The notes below the pieces were generated by a model. That model saw only the letters and a list, made by a program, of their open reading frames with translations. It did not search any database and was not told the DNA's origin. Positions 38,536 to 47,652 of a DNA stretch of 64,000 bases are shown one piece after another. Location of the stretch: contig CBDCTZ010000015.1 of the NCBI GenBank assembly GCA_965222375.1, positions 832,001-896,000 of the forward strand. Reading direction: 5' to 3'. The DNA comes from Polyangiaceae bacterium. GTDB taxonomy: Bacteria > Myxococcota_A > Polyangia > Polyangiales > Polyangiaceae. The position numbers were made by a program, and so were the translations under genes. Within the stretch, counting starts at the first letter, position 1, and the number at the start of each line of letters is the position of its first letter.

Positions 38536-41500
38536 CTAAAACCCCTGCTTGAAGCCCAGCTGCAGGCTGCGGGGCGTGTTGGGTCGCGCGCCCGCGGGAC
38601 GTCGAGACACGAGGTACGCCTCGTTCATCACGTTCTTCACGTTCAAGTAGACCCGCGCCTTGCTCCAGGGGACGAAGTGCCCACCCAGGTCGACCAAGAA
38701 CTGCCGGTCCGTGACGTCGTCATCTGCGGGCTCACCGCTGCCCGCACTCTCGCGCATGCGGTCGATGAAGGTCCCGCTGCTGACCAATCCCCACTCGTCG
38801 GTTTCCAAGCCCACGCTCAGCTGCGCTTGGTGCCTGGGTACGTACGGGAGTTCGTCGCCTTCCTCGACATCGCCCCACAAGGGATCTTCGCTCTGGAATC
38901 CGTGGGTGAACCGGGAGCGAGTGTAAGTGTATGCCAGGCTCGTGGGCAGGGTAGCGCCATTTAGCTGAAACGTATGATCACCGTACAGTTCCAAGCCGTA
39001 CACGTGGACGGAGCCCGCATCGAACTGTCGATCCAGATTCGCGTCCAGGCAGCCGTTTGATGTCGTGCAGACATCGGTCAGATTCTGATAGTCGTTGAAA
39101 AAGCCAATCGCCTCGAAGCGGGTCCGGCGTTTGGAGTAGCGGGCTCCCGCTTCGTAGTTCCACGCTTTCTCGGGCTGCGCCCGGGTTGGCCCAGGCGCAG
39201 CCGGCGAAAATCCGCGGTACACGCCGGCAAGTACACCAAAGTCCCGGGTCAGTGCCTGGTACAAGCCCAACCCAGGCAGCAGCACACTGTAGCCATCAGC
39301 CTGGTGCGTATCCGTCAGGGCGTCATCGTACTTCCAGCGAATCATCTCGACCCGCACCCCCGGCGTTGCCGTGAAGTAGCCGAAGGTCATGGCATTCGTG
39401 GCATGGAACGCCACGGCCTGCGTCGACGCCTTGTTTTGGGTCACCGTATTCGTGGGCACCTGCTGCAAGCTCAGCCGACCGGACTGCATGCTGAAGGTAT
39501 CCCGAGTCTGCAGACGACTGGTGCGGTCGTTGTGAAAGCGCACGCCGTACTCGGCGCTGTGGTAGACGCGCCCGGTCTTGCCACGCACATGGGCCGTGCT
39601 TTGCACTCCCTGGGAAACAAAAGTCCGGGCGTTGGGCCCGATCAGGACGTTTTCGTCGGCGGACGCGGAGTCTTGCTGCCCACGCATGACGTCGTAGTAG
39701 ACCCGGCGGGCGCCCGTCGGATTGCGAAGCACGTCCGCGAAGCCGGCCCCAACGAAACCGTGCGCGCGGGTCCAGACACGGTCGAGGTCGTTGCGGTAGA
39801 GCACCGTCTCGAGTTCCACCTCCGGCGAGAATGTAGCGATATGCCGCAATTCGACCTGGGTGCGGCGCCACTTCATTTGGTCGCCGGCGGTCACGCGATA
39901 GCGGCGCAGTGGGTTGTCTCGGAAGTCCGCGTCCGTGAGCCCTGTGTAGGTCTCGTTGGACACCTCGTCGGAGTAGCCCAGCTTCACTCGCAGTTCTTGG
40001 GGGATCTCCGCGGTGGGATCGATCAGGTATCGCCCTTTAAGCATCCACTCGTTGCGGTAAAAGCCCGTGTCCCCACCTCCGTCCAGCTCCTTGAAGCCGT
40101 CACTGCGGACGTGCACGCCTTCGACGAGGAGGCCCGAGCGTTCATCACTGGTGCCGTACCAGGCGTGGAGCTTGCCGTAGCCGTAGCTGCCAAAGCCCGC
40201 GTCGACCATGCCGGCGCCAGGGTTTGGGATGTAGCGCGTGCGCAAGTCCACGGCGCCGCCAATGGACTGGGGGCCGTAGGGAATCGACGACGGACCCTTG
40301 ATGACCCGCACCGAAGCCATGCGCGTGATCAAAGGAAAGTAGTAGGCGGCGGGCGCCGAATAGGGCGCCGGGGCAAACAACACCCCATCTTCCAGCAGCG
40401 TGACCTTCTTGCTGCGATCCGATGACGCGCCACGTATTCCGATATTGGGCCGTAGCCCGAATCCATCTTCCACGCGCAGGTAGACGCCGGGGGCGCTCAG
40501 CAGCACTTGATGCGGATTGTCGTGCTCGAAACGCCCGAGGCGCTTTTCGTCCATGACTTGGATGCTGCCCGATGCCCGCGCAGCGCGAGATCCCATCACG
40601 ACGACGCCCATCGCTTCTTCTTCTTCAGCGTCGCCCGAGCCGGCGTCCTTCTCTGTAACAGGTGCAGGGCCTGGCGCCGTCGGTGGCGCGGGCTCTGGCG
40701 CGGGCTCTGAACCTGATTCCCCGGCATCCGCCTGGGGCGGCGTAGGCGGGGGTGGCGGCGGAGGTTCGGGCTTGGCATCTGGATCGGAACTCGCGACGAC
40801 GTCGATGACCTCTCCTTCACCGACCTCCTGCGCTCCTGCGGTGGACCCATCCAACGCCAGCAGCGTGAGGGCCCCCGCGCCCACCGCTTGAGCACGCGCC
40901 GAGCGACGGGGAAGCAACGTCAGCGCCGCAGCCCTGAGGGGCGAAAGCAGTGCGGAGAAGATCCGCGGCTGGTGGTTTGTCTGATCCGAAGGCAGACCGA
41001 AGCGCACCTGCTCACGACCCCGGGTCACGTAGAGGGAACCGCCAAGCCAGTCCCAGAGTGCGAAGGTCGAACCGAAGTTTCGATCGTGATGGCGTTCTTC
41101 TTGGCTGTGGTGGATCTGATGCTGAGCCGGGCTGATGAACACGTGCTCGAGCACCCGACCGAAGGACAACCACACATGGGAGTGCCGCAAGTTGGAGCCC
41201 AACATGTTCCAAGCGAAGCCCAGGCCGTGCACGCCCAGAATTTCCCAAGCAGTGATACGCCCGCGAAACAACCAAGCGCACACGCCGGCCGCAACCCCGA
41301 CGCCCGTCGCCGCGCCGGCGCGCATGAGCACACTCTCTATCGGGTGTGTGCGATACACCGTGAAAGGCGTGAGCACCTCAGCGGAATGATGCACTTTGTG
41401 CAGCTCCCACAGCGCGGGCACGCGATGGGATAGGCGATGGACCACGTAGCGCGTCAGGTCTTCGGCGAAGAACCCAGTCAAGCTGAAAGCGCCAATCACG

Positions 41501-41853
41501 AGCCATGGCCCAGCGCTCGCCCCGGGGCCAGGGCCAAGCACTCCGCTCAGCACCACGCTGATCTTCACGCCCACATGTGCCGCCGAAACCGTGAAGGGCC
41601 AAAGCAGCAGCGCCCCGAGCAAGGCACGCACGAACATCCAACGCAGATCGAACAATGCCGAGCGGTGCAACCAGATCTCTCGAGGCAGGAGGAAGCGCCG
41701 CAAGGACACTCGGCTGCGAAGCTTCAACGCCCAGACAGCAGTCGCGAGCAGTCCAGCCGCGAGCAAATAGGGCCAGAACACGCGCGCACTGGATGATCCC
41801 AGGCGCAAGATAGGCTCGAGCGCCGAACGGAGCACGAGATTCAGGGAGTCCAT
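38536..41853 (-). CDS. Fusion: sterol desaturase/fatty-acid hydroxylase domain plus FecA-like TonB-dependent receptor
   Basis: N-terminal TMs with HRLSH, HKVHH, HSH, HQIHH boxes; plug PGVYLRVEDGFGLRPNIGIRG..VIKGPSS..YGP; barrel ending in F; uninterrupted 1105-aa frame. Confidence 0.88.
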   Translation of the reverse strand: MDSLNLVLRSALEPILRLGSSSARVFWPYLLAAGLLATAVWALKLRSRVSLRRFLLPREIWLHRSALFDLRWMFVRALLGALLLWPFTVSAAHVGVKISVVLSGVLGPGPGASAGPWLVIGAFSLTGFFAEDLTRYVVHRLSHRVPALWELHKVHHSAEVLTPFTVYRTHPIESVLMRAGAATGVGVAAGVCAWLFRGRITAWEILGVHGLGFAWNMLGSNLRHSHVWLSFGRVLEHVFISPAQHQIHHSQEERHHDRNFGSTFALWDWLGGSLYVTRGREQVRFGLPSDQTNHQPRIFSALLSPLRAAALTLLPRRSARAQAVGAGALTLLALDGSTAGAQEVGEGEVIDVVASSDPDAKPEPPPPPPPTPPQADAGESGSEPAPEPAPPTAPGPAPVTEKDAGSGDAEEEEAMGVVVMGSRAARASGSIQVMDEKRLGRFEHDNPHQVLLSAPGVYLRVEDGFGLRPNIGIRGASSDRSKKVTLLEDGVLFAPAPYSAPAAYYFPLITRMASVRVIKGPSSIPYGPQSIGGAVDLRTRYIPNPGAGMVDAGFGSYGYGKLHAWYGTSDERSGLLVEGVHVRSDGFKELDGGGDTGFYRNEWMLKGRYLIDPTAEIPQELRVKLGYSDEVSNETYTGLTDADFRDNPLRRYRVTAGDQMKWRRTQVELRHIATFSPEVELETVLYRNDLDRVWTRAHGFVGAGFADVLRNPTGARRVYYDVMRGQQDSASADENVLIGPNARTFVSQGVQSTAHVRGKTGRVYHSAEYGVRFHNDRTSRLQTRDTFSMQSGRLSLQQVPTNTVTQNKASTQAVAFHATNAMTFGYFTATPGVRVEMIRWKYDDALTDTHQADGYSVLLPGLGLYQALTRDFGVLAGVYRGFSPAAPGPTRAQPEKAWNYEAGARYSKRRTRFEAIGFFNDYQNLTDVCTTSNGCLDANLDRQFDAGSVHVYGLELYGDHTFQLNGATLPTSLAYTYTRSRFTHGFQSEDPLWGDVEEGDELPYVPRHQAQLSVGLETDEWGLVSSGTFIDRMRESAGSGEPADDDVTDRQFLVDLGGHFVPWSKARVYLNVKNVMNEAYLVSRRPAGARPNTPRSLQLGFKQGF

Positions 41854-41892
41854 CGCCCTTCCGAGGAAGGCTTGCCCGTCGATGGCGGCACG

Positions 41893-43098
41893 TCAGTCAT
41901 TGTCCCCGCCGACGGATTGAGGGATCTCGACGTCCAACACCATCACGAACTCAGTCTTGAGTACGTCGGTCAGACGCTTCACTGCTTCGTACAGCGCAAG
42001 GACGCTTGGCTGGTCGTTCGCCAAGGCTTCCACGAGGTCGTCTTCTTCTATTGCGCCAATCTTGGCGTTTACGTCGAGCAGAGCGGCGTCGATCTTGTCT
42101 GCAATGCTCGCGGCACCGCGCTCGCGCAACAGACCGTCGAATCCTGTCGCGTCGGCGCCACAGCCCCGATACAGCATCTCGAATCCCGCCATGTTGTCTG
42201 AAATGCTCTGCTTTGCCCGCTTAGCGGTCTGGTGCTCGAGCGTCTCGGGGCAGCTCGCGGCAACGCACTCCGGAGTCATCCCCAAGGGCTTTGCCAGCTT
42301 TGTGTCCTTGACCACGAGTTCGACGTAGAACAACCCGTCGCTCACAGCATTGAGCGCCTCCTTCTGGGACGGATAGGGGCCGCTCTTGCCGGCCTGGGAC
42401 AAACTCGCGAAGAAGTCGCCCTCCCCTGGCTCCCACGCGCTTTTCAGCGCGTTTGCCCAAGTCTGAACGTCTTTGGCGGCAGCATGGGCGTACGCAGCGC
42501 GGCGCAGATCCAAGTCGGTGATGGCTGCCCATGACCCGTCGGTGTTGATCAAGTTCGTCGCCGCGCAGTCGTTCTCCGGCCCGCTGTGGAATAGCAAATA
42601 CTCGATCGAGTCGAGACCTCGAGCGTTCACTGCCTCCGCAGCGAAGTCCCCCTTCCAAAGCTGCTCAACAATCTTCTGATCGACCCGGCAGGTGCTGACC
42701 AGAGGCCAGGAGTAGATTTCGTCCCGCAAGTCCGCTCCACCCACAGCTGCAGAGCTCGAGGCAGCGGGACCGAACTGCATCATCTCACTGCGCTGCCATG
42801 TGCTCATGGCATCTTGCCAGGCGGTGCGGGCAGCGCCTTGCAGCGCGGCGTCTGTAGGAGCTGCCTCCAGCGCCGCTGCTGCTAAGACCAACGCATCCGC
42901 CTTGGTCGAAAACTCGCGGCTCATGTCCAATGCGCACTGCGCTGAGCTCTCGAGCACCTTGGTCCGAGCCGGATCCACGGACTCCTTCTTCTTCCCGCCA
43001 CCGTCTTCACCGCATGCAGACGACGAGGCCATCGCGAATGCGATGGCTGTCAGGGCGAGACTGGCGCCCAGGGTCCCGAGCCAGCTTCCTCTCACCAT
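41893..43098 (-). CDS. Imelysin-family lipoprotein
   Basis: SSAC lipobox, AW..A...WQ..E..QFGP, IYSWP, RGLDSIEYLLF, C-terminal GDND; ATG 43098 overlaps the upstream stop. Confidence 0.85.
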   Translation of the reverse strand: MVRGSWLGTLGASLALTAIAFAMASSSACGEDGGGKKKESVDPARTKVLESSAQCALDMSREFSTKADALVLAAAALEAAPTDAALQGAARTAWQDAMSTWQRSEMMQFGPAASSSAAVGGADLRDEIYSWPLVSTCRVDQKIVEQLWKGDFAAEAVNARGLDSIEYLLFHSGPENDCAATNLINTDGSWAAITDLDLRRAAYAHAAAKDVQTWANALKSAWEPGEGDFFASLSQAGKSGPYPSQKEALNAVSDGLFYVELVVKDTKLAKPLGMTPECVAASCPETLEHQTAKRAKQSISDNMAGFEMLYRGCGADATGFDGLLRERGAASIADKIDAALLDVNAKIGAIEEDDLVEALANDQPSVLALYEAVKRLTDVLKTEFVMVLDVEIPQSVGGDND

Positions 43099-44552
43099 CC
43101 GTTTTTGCCGTCGTCGTCCCCAACGTTCTTGGGGTCGAAACCGTAGGCGGAGGCCAAGGTGCCCCTCGCCTCTCGCAGCTTCTGCTTGTATTCGTCCAGG
43201 GCGGCTGTGCCCGCCGCTTCGAGCACAGGTGCCACGCCCACCTTGTCGTGCACACTCGCAAAGTCCGCGTCGCTGAGCTTCTTGCGCGGATTGAACTGCA
43301 GAATCAGCACGAAGCCCTTCAGCTCGCTCCAATGCTTCGCATGATCCAGTAGTGAGTACTTGGCGCTTCCGATCTCGGACATGTCCGCAAGCACGTCGTT
43401 GATGTAGTGCACGACGGTTGCCGCGATTGCCTTTTCCCAGGCCAGCACAGCACGGTCCCTGGCCAGCTTCAGCTTGGCAAGCTCATCTGCCATCAGGGTG
43501 CCACCCTTTGCGGCGGCAATGATGTCGCGCCCCTCGGTGAATGCTTCCCAGGCGTCCTTGGTGAGGTCCGTCTTGGCGCCATCAGCGCTCCCAAAATCGC
43601 GTTTTCCGGCATTTACGGAATGCCCGAAGTTGACCTCGCTGGTCAGATCGAGGGTTCCGTCGCAACTCGTATCGTGGTGAGCAACCTTGTACTCGGGGCG
43701 GCCGCCTTTGCCCGCGAGTTCTTCATCTGTGAACGTCGGATACTCGTGACTGGCACCGAAGTAGCCGAAGCCCTCGTCCCAGGCGTGCTCGAGCACCGTA
43801 TAGGGCTTGGTGTCGTCTTGGGTGTTGGGCGCCAGCAGTCCCTTGTCGGCAACGTCGTCGTCCAAGTAATCGTCGGTGCCCTGGGAAAACGCCACCGCGC
43901 CAGTCACGAACTTGGCAACGAGTTCCTTGAGATCGCGACCATCCGCCGTGACGTGCACCGGTAGGTCGACGTCACCGGGACCTTTGCGGGGTGCGTTGGC
44001 ATGATCGATGGCGTTTTGCTCGATCTCGCTGAACCACTGGTCGACGAGCGCTTGCGGCGATGCCACACCCGGCCAACCGACGAAGGAAGTCCCGTCGTCC
44101 CAGTCCTTGTGGTCTGTCTTGCTGTCGTTGCCTGCCAGCTTGTCGATCAGGTTCTTGTCCTTCGAGATGTCGTCGTAGGTCTTCTGCGCGAGAGGCAGCT
44201 CGCTCGAAAAGGCAATCGGCTGGTTCCCATTGTCCGGGTTGAAGCGGAGGAAGAAGTCCAGCTCGGCCACCACGGTTGTGGGCGCCGGCTGGAGCTCGTT
44301 CTTGTCGATCCGCTCCGTCAGGCCCTTGATGCGCGAGGTCAGATCCACCATCGCGACATGGCGCCATGCCTGCCCGCTATGGCTGACGCTGCTCGTGCTG
44401 GCGTCAAACCGACTGACGTAGGCGTAGGCCGGGGCGCAACCCACACCGCCACTCCCACCAGCGCCTCCTGTGTTGGCGGTGTCCGTGGCCTCATCGCTAC
44501 CGCAACCCGCGGCGGCCACCACGGCAAAGAACCCAAATAGCAATCCACGCAT
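43092..44552 (-). CDS. DUF4856-like iron-regulated lipoprotein
   Basis: AAGC lipobox, SVSHSGQ..R, DYLD, LEHAWDEGFGYFG, WEKAIAATVVHYIN, HWSELKGF; GGAGG SD before ATG 44552. Confidence 0.75.
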   Translation of the reverse strand: MRGLLFGFFAVVAAAGCGSDEATDTANTGGAGGSGGVGCAPAYAYVSRFDASTSSVSHSGQAWRHVAMVDLTSRIKGLTERIDKNELQPAPTTVVAELDFFLRFNPDNGNQPIAFSSELPLAQKTYDDISKDKNLIDKLAGNDSKTDHKDWDDGTSFVGWPGVASPQALVDQWFSEIEQNAIDHANAPRKGPGDVDLPVHVTADGRDLKELVAKFVTGAVAFSQGTDDYLDDDVADKGLLAPNTQDDTKPYTVLEHAWDEGFGYFGASHEYPTFTDEELAGKGGRPEYKVAHHDTSCDGTLDLTSEVNFGHSVNAGKRDFGSADGAKTDLTKDAWEAFTEGRDIIAAAKGGTLMADELAKLKLARDRAVLAWEKAIAATVVHYINDVLADMSEIGSAKYSLLDHAKHWSELKGFVLILQFNPRKKLSDADFASVHDKVGVAPVLEAAGTAALDEYKQKLREARGTLASAYGFDPKNVGDDDGKNGW

Positions 44553-44577
44553 CCTGACCTCCAAGGGGTCCTGAGGT

Positions 44578-44606
44578 TTATTGCAATTGAAAGTCGTTTT
44601 CAATAA
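44578..44606. promoter_or_regulatory. Fur-box-like palindrome
   Basis: ATTGAAA-GTCGT-TTTCAAT (44586..44604) within TTATTG..CAATAA; AT-rich island about 35 nt upstream of the operon start. Confidence 0.65.
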
Positions 44607-44680
44607 GAATTGTGCACGGGCGGTTTCTAGGTGATTTCTGTCAGTTCCAACGCGAGGGCCAGCGACCAGTTTCTGGCACC

Positions 44681-44926
44681 CTAGACGGCGAGCTTTTCCC
44701 GGCCCCCGCCCGCGCACGGTCCCGACGCGCCGCAGCGGCACGGGCGATGAAGCGCACGCACACCTGAAACCACACAGCAAACCACCTCATAGGCTCGAAC
44801 CAGCTCCGACTTACGGTCGTGATCGAACGTGGCGTACTTGGCCCGCCCGCAATCGGAGCACGCCACTTCCCACACCTCCAGCACACCAACCAAACACACC
44901 GGACACTTCCCCGCCCTGAGTTCCAT
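44681..44926 (-). CDS. Small Cys-rich (zinc-finger-like) protein
   Basis: MELRAGKCPVC..CSDC..CC..CRC. Confidence 0.35.
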   Translation of the reverse strand: MELRAGKCPVCLVGVLEVWEVACSDCGRAKYATFDHDRKSELVRAYEVVCCVVSGVRALHRPCRCGASGPCAGGGREKLAV

Positions 44927-45470
44927 GCGACGGACAATGCAGGATCGGGACCAACTTCTCGCGGGCCCTCGTGCCTGGACGTACGAACCATCAACCTGGC
45001 GCTTTGAACCCGCGCTGCGATGCGATGGGGACTTCGTCGGCCGAAGGGGCCTGCGTGCTCCCCCAGCGCCTTCAAGATCGAGTTTCCGAGCAGCAAGGCG
45101 CAAAGTGGGCGAGCCCACTATCTCGACAGGCAACCCTTGGGCGGAGTACGAGCCCAAGTAGGATCGCGTCGCCTCCAACCAACAAGGCGCGGACACGAGC
45201 CTACGACCGCATGTCCCACGATTGCCAGTCGTGCAAGTTCTGCACGACTCTGCGATGCGGTCCAAGCCCCCGGCCGCGCGGGAGTGCGCTTGGCAGCCAC
45301 TGTCATGCTCTGGTGCCAAAAGGGACCGGACAGACTGTTCCAAGGCCGCCTTGGCGACTCGCGGACACCTCCCCATCGTCGATGACGGTCACCCGCTGGA
45401 GGGTGCTTCAGTCATTGCAGAGTTTCACCGGCGCTTCGGTCATCGAGCACGCTGCGAAACTTGGCTCCGT

Positions 45471-45767
45471 CTAATCCGCCGGAACGTAGCAACAGGCGTC
45501 GGGCGTCATCTTCCGCGCCTCTGCCGTCGCCGCTTTGTCTAGGCTGCGACTGCACAGGCTGCCACGCTTGCCCTTGCCGCCGCCGCAATGGGCGAACACG
45601 CCAACAGCGCAGTTTCCGTAGGGCGCGGGAGCATTGCGATGGGGCTTTGCGTTCTTGATGGACTCCGCGGCGGGCATGCATGTCGATTCTCCGCCGCTGG
45701 GTTCACTTCTTTCGGGGCAGGCCGTCAGCGCAAGCGCGGCAGCCGTCGACAGGACCAATCTCCGCAT
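45471..45767 (-). CDS. Small Cys-rich lipoprotein
   Basis: MRRLVLSTAAALALTAC, ends DACCY. Confidence 0.7.
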   Translation of the reverse strand: MRRLVLSTAAALALTACPERSEPSGGESTCMPAAESIKNAKPHRNAPAPYGNCAVGVFAHCGGGKGKRGSLCSRSLDKAATAEARKMTPDACCYVPAD

Positions 45768-45868
45768 CGTTCCGGTAGTGTTCCGCGCATTGGCCACCGT
45801 TCGCACCATTCCCGCAGGGTCCCGTATTTCCGCGCTCCTGCGTGAGGCCTGTTCCTTTGCACCTCCAG

Positions 45869-46309
45869 CTAGGCACTGCGGCGGCTGAACAACTGTTGGA
45901 TCATGCTCGCGCGCTGTCCGCTTCCCGGCATCTCCTCGGCCCAGCAGTAGACGGTCACGTCCTCGTAGTGGGCGTGCTCGCGGAGCCTTCGAATCAATTC
46001 CTGGGCGACTTCCAGACGGATAGTCTGCAGGTCGGCGCGGACACCTAGTTCCGCAACCAATCGACGAATGTGCGCGTGCTGTCGCTGTGCCACCTCGACC
46101 TCCGCCGCGTGGTCCGCGGACAAGAGTGGAAATACCTGACTTTCCTCCGCGTCGAAGTGCGCCAGCAGCCCCGTTTCGAATTCTGTCCAAGTTCGGGAAA
46201 TGGTCGGAGCGTCCGCTCCTTCCACCGCGTCGAGCAGTTCCGCGAACAACTTGTCGAGGCGCTCGTGGTCATCGCACAGCTGTTTTCGAATCGGGGCTGC
46301 GTCCGGCAT
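45869..46309 (-). CDS. Hemerythrin/HHE cation-binding domain protein
   Basis: DH..L, HFDAEE..FP, H..I, HAHYED..Y. Confidence 0.85.
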   Translation of the reverse strand: MPDAAPIRKQLCDDHERLDKLFAELLDAVEGADAPTISRTWTEFETGLLAHFDAEESQVFPLLSADHAAEVEVAQRQHAHIRRLVAELGVRADLQTIRLEVAQELIRRLREHAHYEDVTVYCWAEEMPGSGQRASMIQQLFSRRSA

Positions 46310-46562
46310 TCCCGGGGTCCATGCACTCGACATGCCAGAAACGTCGCCGGATAAAGCACCAATACACCGGACCTCACTGCCGAACTTGCAGACACCCTGA
46401 CGCCGCGGCGCACCCTTTGCGCGAGCCCACTTGCCCAGCACCCAGCGGCATGGCGCCCGCTTGCTTGGCCACAAGGCCCGGGCAAGCCCTGGAAGCGCCA
46501 TCCCCCCGGCGCACCGGAGCGCGGGCTTGCGACGTCTGGTTGCCGGCACAACGCTGCCGTTG

Positions 46563-46808
46563 ATGAATGGAAGCGCCGTTTTCGGATGTGCCGTTCTTGC
46601 ACTTGCTGCCGCGGCAGGCTGCGAAAGAAATCCAACAGCTCCAATGCCGCTCGCGTCCGCTTTCAAAGTGCCCGTGCAGAACGGTTATGCAAGACGAGTG
46701 ACCTTCGTGATCGACAAGCAGGGCAAGATCGCCAAGGTGTTTCCAGAGGTCACGCCGTCAGTGCACAGCAAAGAACTGCTAGGGACGATCGACGACTTGA
46801 AAGGCTGA
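46563..46808 (+). pseudogene. Internally deleted lipoprotein peroxiredoxin (BCP-like)
   Basis: Lipobox AAGC joined almost directly to the Prx C-terminus ARRVTFVIDKQGKIAKVFPEVTPSVHSKELL; no peroxidatic Cys region. Confidence 0.6.
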
Positions 46809-47060
46809 GCACGGCAACCTCAACGTTTTCGCAAAGCCGCCCACTGAGTCGTCGTTCAACGTGGCCCATGGAGGGATTAGGGACCCTGCGCCGACCCAAT
46901 GGTCACCCCTTCGGGTATTGTCTCTTCCGGCATCGCGAAGCGCGTCACAAGCGCGTCGACCCCAAACCCAATCCCAAAGAGCAGATAGGCAAGGCTTCGG
47001 TCGCGCTGACATAAATCACGGATTTGGTGAAACACTCCAGGCTTGGACTACACTTTGGGA

Positions 47061-47636
47061 ATGTCCTTGTGGCGTTTGTTGTCCGCGAGCTTGCCCGCCT
47101 TCCTTGCGCTGTCCTGTAGCGTGACCAATGACCTCGACGGCTTGACGGGCAATGTTGGCGGAAGTGCTGGCGCCGAAGCGGGTGCGGATGCCGCAGCTGC
47201 CTGTGGACCCGGAGATTGTTCTGGCTGCGTCGGCTGTCAGAACTTCTGCGAATGCGCGACAACGACAGCAGCCACTCTGGAACAGTGCTTGAAAACGTCC
47301 TGCACCACAGACGCCGGCAAGGATGGCACAGCGGGGAGCGGGGGCACTGGCGGCACGGAAGCCGGCGTCGACGGATCGACGGGTGGTGCGGGAGGCAGCA
47401 GCGGCGGCGGTTTGTTTTCACCTGCGTGCGTCGGCTGTGCGACGATCAATTGCAGCGCCCAGCAGGATGCGTGCGGGATGAACACGGACTGCAACGCTAT
47501 CCTGACTTGCTACGCTGCCTGCTCCGACGCAGCATGCGAATCCAAGTGTACGAGCAATCACCCAAAAGGGCAGACGGACTTCAACGCCTTCCTCGGCTGC
47601 TTGAAAGGCTCCTGCAATTCCCAGTGCAGCGGCTAG
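47061..47636 (+). CDS. Cys-rich lipoprotein
   Basis: ALSC lipobox, CxxC/CxxxC helical Cys domains, Gly linker. Confidence 0.75.
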   Translation: MSLWRLLSASLPAFLALSCSVTNDLDGLTGNVGGSAGAEAGADAAAACGPGDCSGCVGCQNFCECATTTAATLEQCLKTSCTTDAGKDGTAGSGGTGGTEAGVDGSTGGAGGSSGGGLFSPACVGCATINCSAQQDACGMNTDCNAILTCYAACSDAACESKCTSNHPKGQTDFNAFLGCLKGSCNSQCSG

Positions 47637-47652
47637 TTCCGAACGCAGCAGC

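Noticed and set aside
44930..45470. Short ORFs or ncRNA upstream of the iron operon
   Set aside because: No coherent frame, riboswitch motif or convincing structure seen.
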